A DNA stretch of 54,798 nucleotides, from positions 1-54,798 of IMG/VR virus record IMGVR_UViG_3300031938_000004; one strand, written 5' to 3'. Shown here piece by piece: positions 1-6,769 of this stretch. The DNA is from a virus (taxonomy: Duplodnaviria; Caudoviricetes). The first letter of the stretch is position 1. Each line of letters starts with the position of its first letter. The notes below the pieces were generated by a model. It was not told the DNA's origin and did no database searches. It saw only the letters and a program-made list of their open reading frames with translations. The translations under genes and the position numbers were made by a program.

Positions 1-146
1 TGCCGAACTGGTCGGTAAGTCTGGCCAATCCTTTGAGGGCCTCGATGCCCACCAAGAGGTTGAGCCGGCTCTTGATGCCGGCGATGGCCGAATTCACCTT
101 ATCGAGAGGCTTGGTGTCTGTCACGAAGCTGAGCTTGGTTACAAGC
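1..146. repeat. Terminal direct repeat, left copy (circular-assembly overlap)
   Basis: Identical to 54653-54798 except position 20 (T) versus 54672 (G). Confidence 0.97.
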
Positions 147-163
147 TCCCGGAGAGTTGCCAT
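1..163 (-). CDS. Tape measure protein, 5' end (continues across the origin into 54652..53205)
   Basis: ATG at 163 after AGAGGTAGG reads MATLRELVTKLSFVTDTKPLDKVNS, in frame with the 53205..54776 ORF. Confidence 0.9.
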   Translation of the reverse strand, partial: MATLRELVTKLSFVTDTKPLDKVNSAIAGIKSRLNLLVGIEALKGLARLTDQFG

Positions 164-414
164 CACCTACCTCTTTGTGGACGTTGGGCCTCTTGCAAAG
201 CCTGCTGCTCGGCGTCCTCGCGCAGATCTAAAACCTCGTGCGCATCACAGAGCGCATCAAGGTCCCACTCTTTGCGGACCTCCATCAACGAGCCGAAGCC
301 CGCCACCACCGGCCGCCAGTACCACCAATTGAAATTTACGACGGGCTGCTTGGGCTTGCCGTTACCGGAGACGGCCCGAGGAGCCCGAGCGACCGACCGG
401 CGTCGATAAAATTT
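163..414 (-). CDS. Frameshift-extended (gpGT-like) C-terminal part of tail assembly chaperone
   Basis: The -1 frame is open from slippery A AAT TTT (414-408) to TGA at 165-163, which overlaps the tape measure ATG. It encodes ...WWYWRPVVAGFGSLMEVRKEWDLDALCDAHEVLDLRE... and is absent from the ORF track. Confidence 0.8.
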   Translation of the reverse strand, partial: KFYRRRSVARAPRAVSGNGKPKQPVVNFNWWYWRPVVAGFGSLMEVRKEWDLDALCDAHEVLDLREDAEQQALQEAQRPQRGR

Positions 415-812
415 CCGTACTGCACCTCCAATTGGGCCCGAGCCACCGCGAAGCTCAGCGGCAACTGGTCCTTGTAAAAGGAAGCCCAGTTGATGAGCAC
501 GCCATTGGCAATCACCCGGTCACTCGACAGCTTTTTGAGCACCCGCTTGGTCAGCGTCCGATCCCGAGTCAGCCCCAGCGTGAGCTGGCGGAACAGGCCC
601 TCCAAAGAGGTGTGCCCGACGTCGACATCTCCGCCGCCGCCGGTGAGCGCGCTGATGATGCCGCCTGCGGATTCACCCACCACGGCAATCAAATCAAGCA
701 GCGTGTCGGTGGCCTCCTCGGCCCCCCACTTCTGGAATTCCAAGTGGATGGGGCCGTCTTTGCCCTCAAGTGTCGTCTCAAAACGACCAGCCTCGTTTTT
801 GACAATGTCCAT
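336..812 (-). CDS. Tail assembly chaperone (gpG-like)
   Basis: 158 aa between tube and tape measure genes; ends with YGNF over a slippery heptamer. Confidence 0.8.
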   Translation of the reverse strand: MDIVKNEAGRFETTLEGKDGPIHLEFQKWGAEEATDTLLDLIAVVGESAGGIISALTGGGGDVDVGHTSLEGLFRQLTLGLTRDRTLTKRVLKKLSSDRVIANGVLINWASFYKDQLPLSFAVARAQLEVQYGNFIDAGRSLGLLGPSPVTASPSSPS

Positions 813-1246
813 TAACCGTTACCACCCACGTTCATGGCCAAGACGGCCACTTCAAAAGACCACTGCCTGCCCAAGATGCCGTTGCCGAACTCCATGGTGG
901 CAGGCTGCACGATCCAAGCTGAGGCGCCCGAGGCCACAGAAGTGCCCGAGCCGTCACGCATCATGATCGGGAAGGAGCCCTGCCCGGTCAGCTCATCGGC
1001 ATTGAAGAGCGCCATCAGATCATCATTGGAGGGGCTCGACATGTCGAGGGTGATGGTGATCTCGCCGCGCTTGTCCAAAGACTTGGCGCGGGTCACAAAA
1101 CCATCGGAGCCCGCGGTGCTGCTCCAGGTGGGGGTTTTGCGGGCCACCGTGATCATGGTGTCCTGGGCAAAGCCTGTGATGATGAGAGAGCCCACAACGA
1201 GGCTGACCTCTTGCGGGTTATAGGTGGCAAAATTGGGCTGTGCCAT
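812..1246 (-). CDS. Tail tube protein (DUF3277-like)
   Basis: TYNPQEVSLVVG..ITGF..D, G.DG, ITITL..SSPSN pattern; directly after sheath. Confidence 0.85.
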   Translation of the reverse strand: MAQPNFATYNPQEVSLVVGSLIITGFAQDTMITVARKTPTWSSTAGSDGFVTRAKSLDKRGEITITLDMSSPSNDDLMALFNADELTGQGSFPIMMRDGSGTSVASGASAWIVQPATMEFGNGILGRQWSFEVAVLAMNVGGNG

Positions 1247-1267
1247 GACTTACAGATCCTTTGTCGG

Positions 1268-2335
1268 TCAAACCGAGACAGTGCCTTTGATGACGATGCT
1301 TGAGATGGCCCCCTGCAGGCGGCCGCCAAAGTAAATGTTGGGGCTGATGCGCTCAGCGCGCCGGTTGACGGGCACCGAGCTGACAGGATCGGCCCTGACG
1401 TAGATGGGATTGTCGACGTCTTGGCCATCGAGAAGGCCATTGGCCTCGGCCAGCCGCAAAATGCCGTTGATGGCATTCATGATGCTGGAGACGCCCGCGG
1501 TCGTGTAGGGGATTTTGGTGCTGTTGACCAACAGATTGTAGATGGCGCCTTGAATGTTGGCGGTCAGCCAGTCAATCCCGATGGTTAAGTCAAAGTAGCG
1601 GCCCGAAGAGGCGATGCCTGGGAAGGTGATGTTGGCCCCGCCAAGCGTCTGGTAGACATTGACGTTCTTGCCCGTCACCCCGGCCACCGGCACGCCATAC
1701 AGAACGGTCTGCTGGTTGCCCGACAGCTTGTCGACGCTCACGCCAGGCAGCGCCTTGTAGGCCCAATTGTTGGAGCCTGGGGTCTGGGGCAGTTGGCTGC
1801 CCATCCAAGCCGCCTCGAGGATGCCCGGAGCATTGGCCTTGGTGAAGCAGAGCCCGGTTCGGTGGTAGCCCTTGGCCTTGAGCTTCGAGGCCAAATCCTC
1901 CTCGCCGCTCTGAGCGATGGTGTCCTCGCCGCTGGCCACGATGAGAAGCTTGGTCAGCCCCTCGATGGCCTCGGCGGCCTCCAGGATGTCTGTGTCAGGC
2001 AGGCCTGCGAGGACCACGCCATAGGCATTGTTGTTTTCGGCGAAGATGGCGGCCAAATCCTCGGCGATGGTGCCGGTCGTGGTGCGCCGGCCGACGCAGA
2101 ATTGGCTGGGGGCCGAGGTGCCCGAGTACATCACCACGGCGGATTTGTATTCTGGGGCCGCCGTGGTGAAGCCGTCGCTGAGCATCTCCGAGGGGCTTGT
2201 GTAAGCCCGCACCACGTCATCTTCCCAGCCAGCATCGGTGGGCCCGACGATTAAGGGGATGCCAAAGCTGGCGATGCTCACGGCCTGGGTCTGCTGCGTG
2301 ACCGTGATGTTAATGAGATTGTCGATGGCTGCCAT
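1268..2335 (-). CDS. Tail sheath protein (DUF3383-like)
   Basis: IDNLINITV..FGIPLI N-terminus; PGSNNWAYKALPGV, G.YFD..IGIDWL, KIPYT..G motifs. Confidence 0.9.
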   Translation of the reverse strand: MAAIDNLINITVTQQTQAVSIASFGIPLIVGPTDAGWEDDVVRAYTSPSEMLSDGFTTAAPEYKSAVVMYSGTSAPSQFCVGRRTTTGTIAEDLAAIFAENNNAYGVVLAGLPDTDILEAAEAIEGLTKLLIVASGEDTIAQSGEEDLASKLKAKGYHRTGLCFTKANAPGILEAAWMGSQLPQTPGSNNWAYKALPGVSVDKLSGNQQTVLYGVPVAGVTGKNVNVYQTLGGANITFPGIASSGRYFDLTIGIDWLTANIQGAIYNLLVNSTKIPYTTAGVSSIMNAINGILRLAEANGLLDGQDVDNPIYVRADPVSSVPVNRRAERISPNIYFGGRLQGAISSIVIKGTVSV

Positions 2336-2360
2336 AATGGGCCTACCCCTTTGGTTGAAC

Positions 2361-2915
2361 TTAGACGGTTAAGGCTAAACCTGTGACCACATCGCCGACA
2401 AGCGGCACGCTCTCAATGTAGCCCGGTTCCACAATCGTTTTGATTTTTGTCCACATCTCAAACTCGCACATCGCCCGCGGCTCAAAGCCCGTGTTGAGCA
2501 GCGCCGTCAGATCCGTCACATCCCCAATGGTGTAGACGGCCCAGCCGATGGAGGTCAGAGGGCCAAGCAAATCCGGCCGGTACAGGCCAGCCTGGCAGTT
2601 GACGGCAAGACCATAGGCTTCGTCTTGGGTGCGGCCGTGAAAGGTCACATCAAGCGCCACACCGCGATGCCCCGCGTAGCAGACAGCCCCTGTCAGAGAG
2701 TCTGGCACAGGTGTTGTGTAGTCTCGAAAATTGGCCTTGAGGGCGGTCATGCGAAACTGAAAGGTTGCATAGGGCCGCTTGGGCACGGGCTGAATGGGGC
2801 CTTGGGCCTGAGCGAGAATGAAGCGGCCGTTAACAAGGCCCGTTGCCGCCGACAAAAACGCCACGAGGCCCTTGCGGACAGCAGCATAATCAATTGCGGG
2901 AGCAGGGGTGGCCAT
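2361..2915 (-). CDS. Tail completion / neck terminator protein
   Basis: 184 aa just upstream of sheath; P.RPYAT and VTDLTALL..FE.RA..EF pattern. Confidence 0.7.
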   Translation of the reverse strand: MATPAPAIDYAAVRKGLVAFLSAATGLVNGRFILAQAQGPIQPVPKRPYATFQFRMTALKANFRDYTTPVPDSLTGAVCYAGHRGVALDVTFHGRTQDEAYGLAVNCQAGLYRPDLLGPLTSIGWAVYTIGDVTDLTALLNTGFEPRAMCEFEMWTKIKTIVEPGYIESVPLVGDVVTGLALTV

Positions 2916-2968
2916 GGCGCGACATTAACAAAAAATTGCGGCCATCCCCATTGAAGCGGACAAAAAGC

Positions 2969-3388
2969 CTAAATGGGCTCCGGATAGATGGGCCCCTGGG
3001 GGTCTTCGCTTGGTAGGCCGATGTCCATCGCCACCAGCATGCAGCGCGAGTAGCTGCCCCAATCCTCGCAGGTCTGAACCTGGTAGAGCTTGTTTTTGTG
3101 GGTCACGATGTCGGTCACGTCGATGACGGGGTCCAGACTGTCAGGGTCGGGGTGGCTGGCCCACAGCCACAAGGTCTCTTTGTCCCGAAAGACCTCGGGC
3201 ACCAAGAGCAGATCCTTGCCGCCCATCGGCTGCACGGTCCCGGCCACCTCGAAGGTCAGCGGCACATGCAGCGCCACCGGCAAGCCGTCTAGGTAGGCCA
3301 CATCGCTGTCGACCACCCGGCCCTGGCGCTTGACCTGTAAGACCTCATCACAATCCAAAAGCTCAACAGGACCATCAAGAAGATTCAT
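2969..3388 (-). CDS. Head closure / neck protein
   Basis: 139 aa with TVQPMGGKDLLLVPE..R and D.V...K.YQV..EDW..Y pattern; neck-module position. Confidence 0.65.
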   Translation of the reverse strand: MNLLDGPVELLDCDEVLQVKRQGRVVDSDVAYLDGLPVALHVPLTFEVAGTVQPMGGKDLLLVPEVFRDKETLWLWASHPDPDSLDPVIDVTDIVTHKNKLYQVQTCEDWGSYSRCMLVAMDIGLPSEDPQGPIYPEPI

Positions 3389-3918
3389 TTGAGAGAGTCG
3401 CCTGCCTGGTTGATGCGGACCGCGTAGTGGATGCTGTTATACAAAAAGTTGGTGGCCGAAAGCGGGATGGTGCCCGAGATCCCCTGCTCGCGCCGCTTTT
3501 GAAGGGTGTAGGGCGCAAGAGCGGGAGCGATGCGCATCCTAATGGTCCTCTGAATCGTGTTGACCACAAACGTCCCCACCTCTGCCAGAGCCTTAGCGAC
3601 CGTCTTTTTGTCATCGGCAATCAGAGGCAAAGAGCTTCGCATCATCTCAAACACCCGCTCGGCGGTCGCGTCAAAGGGCGTCCGCAAAAAGGAGCGGGCA
3701 GGGATCATCACCGAGCCATCTTTGCGGTGGGTGCCAAATTCTTGCCACAGGGCCACCTCCCCCAATGTCGCGTCGCTGTCGGGGTATTTACGGTCAGGCT
3801 CCAGGATGCCGATGGTCACGTTCTTACGGGCCAGATCCTGGTGCGTCTTGATGAGGTCGGCAAAGGAGATGTCGCCGCGGCTCTGGCTCTTGATGCGGAT
3901 GCTGACAAAGGACGGCAT
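3385..3918 (-). CDS. Neck / tail-component protein
   Basis: VTIGI..A.WQEFGT..IPARSFLR..LAPYT..PL..T..L.NSI motifs; start moved to MPSFV. Confidence 0.75.
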   Translation of the reverse strand: MPSFVSIRIKSQSRGDISFADLIKTHQDLARKNVTIGILEPDRKYPDSDATLGEVALWQEFGTHRKDGSVMIPARSFLRTPFDATAERVFEMMRSSLPLIADDKKTVAKALAEVGTFVVNTIQRTIRMRIAPALAPYTLQKRREQGISGTIPLSATNFLYNSIHYAVRINQAGDSLK

Positions 3919-3922
3919 CTTG

Positions 3923-4396
3923 TCAGAGGTCCCGGTCGCCCTGGGTCGTGGCTCCGGGCATCTCTCCCCACAGATTGTTGACGTGGCCGTTGTGGCGCGG
4001 TGCCCGCATGCGCGTGGTGAACTGCGGCCGCACGTAGTCCGGGTTGTGGTAGGGCAGGGCATTGGCCGCGTGGCTGATGCCGCCGATGATGGGGATGCCG
4101 CCAGAAGAGGAGGCTATCCGCCGCAGATTGCCCAAGACCTCTTTGTAGTTGCCCAAAAGCTGGCTGAAGCTTTTGGAGACGCTGCCGACGCTCTGGTCAC
4201 ACAGGCGGCTGAGCTGGGCAATGATGGCCTCGCAGGCGGTGATGCTGGCGGCCTGAATGTCACCGCCTGCCTGCTCCAAACAATACAAAACCTCGCCATC
4301 TTGCAACTGCGGGCGGCGCGCATCGGTGTCGCCCACGTTGAAGCGGACCGCGTCCAAGGCGCTTTGCCCGGGGTTGCCAGAGTAGCTGAAGCTCAC
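3923..4396 (-). CDS. Head-tail adaptor
   Basis: SFSYSGNP..LDAVRFNVGDTD..LQDGE N-terminus; GTG start overlaps upstream TGA. Confidence 0.75.
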   Translation of the reverse strand: MSFSYSGNPGQSALDAVRFNVGDTDARRPQLQDGEVLYCLEQAGGDIQAASITACEAIIAQLSRLCDQSVGSVSKSFSQLLGNYKEVLGNLRRIASSSGGIPIIGGISHAANALPYHNPDYVRPQFTTRMRAPRHNGHVNNLWGEMPGATTQGDRDL

Positions 4397-4770
4397 GATG
4401 GTTTGGGATGCTTTCGGGCCAGATGTTTGGCCAGGCTGTTTTTGTTGACAAAACCTGGGTGGTCGCAATCCGGGCAGTAGTAGTGGGCCGACAAGGGCTC
4501 GACGCGAGGCACCTCAGGCCCGATAGCCTCTGAGGCCACCTGATCCTGCTTGGTGTTGGTCGGACCATAGATGGCCATCTGAATGCACCCGTCGCCCACG
4601 GTCGGCTGCAAGGCACCCTCTGTGTCGGCGACCGAGTGCAGGGTCAGATGAGCATGCTTAATCGCAGCAGCCCAATCCTCGAAGCCCGGAACTGCCTCGC
4701 CGGGCAGGACGGAGTAGGTCGCTCCATCCTGCCCGGTGAAGGTCAGCTTGCGCATGGCAACATAACGCAT
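4393..4770 (-). CDS. Small head-associated protein with C-terminal C2H2 zinc finger
   Basis: CPDC-x13-H-x4-H (CPDCDHPGFVNKNSLAKHLARKH); directly after capsid gene. Confidence 0.6.
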   Translation of the reverse strand: MRYVAMRKLTFTGQDGATYSVLPGEAVPGFEDWAAAIKHAHLTLHSVADTEGALQPTVGDGCIQMAIYGPTNTKQDQVASEAIGPEVPRVEPLSAHYYCPDCDHPGFVNKNSLAKHLARKHPKPS

Positions 4771-4771
4771 C

Positions 4772-5764
4772 TTAGGCCGTCAGAAGGTTGGTGCCCAAGA
4801 TGCCCAGGTCCGCAGACACTTGATGGAAGTCAAACGCCATCTCCATCTCGATGCGCTCGGCGGACAGGTGCTCAAGACGCATGGTCTTGATGCGGCTGCC
4901 CAGAGCAGAAGCGCCGTACATGCCACTCCAGGAGAAAATATACCCGCCCGTTGGCTTGAGTATCCCGGGAGAATTGGGCGCGTAGGTCAGCAGGAACTTG
5001 TTATCGGTGATGAAGTCATAATCACCGACCTGGCCCTCTTGAGCCGAGTTCTCCACAGCACCTGCCACCAGGTACTTGTCGACGCCGAAAAACTGCGCCA
5101 AAAGCTGCTCGGTGGCAATACCGAGCTGGCTGTACAGGATGCGGCTCAAGACCATGGGGTGCTGCTTGAGGCGCTCATTGACGTCGTGGCTGACGACCAT
5201 GATGTTGGGGGTCAAGCTCGTGGTGCGCTTGATCTCCGTTTTCATCTTGGCGATGTCGGCGATGGGGTTGGAGTTGTCGTTGGACCAAGACACCGAGGGG
5301 GTGAAGTCGGTCGGCACCTTCTGGCCCAAACCGTTGGTGGTCACAAGACCTCCCCAGACGCCGGGGGCCATGTATTTTTGCACAAAGAGCTTCTCGCGGC
5401 GCAGCATCATCTTCTGGGTGCAGAATTCCACGGCGTCGCGATGTAAATCGATGGGCTCGTCGCTGTTTTGGATCGTGTAATCGTCCAAATCGACGTGATA
5501 GGCGAAAACCTCGGCAAAATACGTGGGTGTCGAATCAATCTTCCAGCCCGAGCCGGCACTCTCAGTTGCAGGGGCCCGCTTCTCGGCGCCTGCGCGAAAC
5601 CAATAGCTTCTGTCATAGGTGAAATAACGGTCCGATTGCTTAGCTACGGACACAATTGGAAACACCTGTGAATGTATGAAGTCCTTGGCATCCTGAATGG
5701 TCGCCACCGCGATAGAGCCAAGCGGGCGGTTAACGTGGACATCTGAGCGGGTGGGATTCGGCAT
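4772..5764 (-). CDS. Major capsid protein (HK97 fold)
   Basis: 330 aa; DVHVNRPL..IA, FPIVSV.KQSD.YF, W...NSNPIADI, PN.MV, PTGGY.FSW; AAAGGA RBS. Confidence 0.92.
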   Translation of the reverse strand: MPNPTRSDVHVNRPLGSIAVATIQDAKDFIHSQVFPIVSVAKQSDRYFTYDRSYWFRAGAEKRAPATESAGSGWKIDSTPTYFAEVFAYHVDLDDYTIQNSDEPIDLHRDAVEFCTQKMMLRREKLFVQKYMAPGVWGGLVTTNGLGQKVPTDFTPSVSWSNDNSNPIADIAKMKTEIKRTTSLTPNIMVVSHDVNERLKQHPMVLSRILYSQLGIATEQLLAQFFGVDKYLVAGAVENSAQEGQVGDYDFITDNKFLLTYAPNSPGILKPTGGYIFSWSGMYGASALGSRIKTMRLEHLSAERIEMEMAFDFHQVSADLGILGTNLLTA

Positions 5765-5934
5765 CTGTGCAATTCCTTTGAAGGCGTCCGGTTGTGCAGG
5801 CAGTATGAGACAAACCTGTCACCGACAAAAAAAACCTTGGGGCAAAAGGCCCGTCTTGAGCCTAGTGTCGTAAGATTCTGTCCCAACTGCAAGCATTAAG
5901 CCAAGCAGACGATGTTTTGTCCCAGGACAAAGCC

Positions 5935-6249
5935 TCACACAATGCCGGTCAGGTAGGCCGGATCCAAAGCGACGGCATAGTAGATGATGGGAGAAGCTTG
6001 GTAGTTGGCGACCATCACAGCCCGGCGCTCCGGGACGTAGTGATTGGTGATAATGCGCCTCTCCTCGGCTGTTAGGGACCGATTCGAGGCTGTGATGCGC
6101 TTGCAGTACAGGGTGCGGCCAGGATGAGCCACAGACATGAGCGTGAAAATGCGGCGCGGGTGGCCCCTTTCAAAGTCTGAATAGGCCGGGACAAAGACAT
6201 TACTGACGCGCATGACAAAGGCTCCACTTGCCGCAGAGGGCGCGGGCAT
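5935..6249 (-). CDS. Hypothetical protein
   Basis: 104-aa ORF abutting upstream ORF. Confidence 0.5.
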   Translation of the reverse strand: MPAPSAASGAFVMRVSNVFVPAYSDFERGHPRRIFTLMSVAHPGRTLYCKRITASNRSLTAEERRIITNHYVPERRAVMVANYQASPIIYYAVALDPAYLTGIV

Positions 6250-6651
6250 CTACTCGATAAGTCTGATTTGACCTGTGTCCGGATTGTAAGCATGCGTGGC
6301 CCAATTGACATGGTGCCGCTTGGCCAAATCGTCGGCTGAGCGCTGGTGGAGGGTCCGCATCTTGCCAAGATAGGCTTCTCGGGCGCTGCGCTCATGCGTC
6401 AGATGATGCACCTGCTTCTCGTATTCTGCCCGCAGAGCCTCAAGCTTGTAGCCTATCTCAGAGACGGCGGCCTGAGCCTCGGTGACCTGCCTTGCGTGCC
6501 GCTCAAGCCGCAGGATGTCCCACGGGTCCAGATACGTGGGCGGTGGCGCCCGCAAATCCTCGTCACTTTGGCGGATAAGCTTTTCAACGGTCTCTTTGCT
6601 GAGGGTCACGTGCGATCCCATGTCACGGTCGGCGGCATTTTTGCGGCTCAC
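6250..6651 (-). CDS. Hypothetical coiled-coil protein
   Basis: 133 aa, GAGG before GTG, heptad-like central region. Confidence 0.6.
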   Translation of the reverse strand: MSRKNAADRDMGSHVTLSKETVEKLIRQSDEDLRAPPPTYLDPWDILRLERHARQVTEAQAAVSEIGYKLEALRAEYEKQVHHLTHERSAREAYLGKMRTLHQRSADDLAKRHHVNWATHAYNPDTGQIRLIE

Positions 6652-6769
6652 AAAAACCTCTCAAATAAGCTGGGAAGGAGGTTCTGACCCCTTCGTCGAG
6701 GCCGCCAATATAAGCGTTTTACGGGGTCAATAAAACAGGAGAGCCAGAGCCGAGGGAGCACATGCGCTC

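Noticed and set aside
1-146. End repeat as a biological terminal repeat or att site
   Set aside because: It falls inside the tape measure ORF and is best explained as circular-assembly overlap; the single mismatch near the contig end may be an error
5916-5931. TTTGTCC-CA-GGACAAA palindrome upstream of the capsid gene
   Set aside because: Short single instance; shares GGACAA with the 28910 hairpin but with different geometry, so it cannot be called a site
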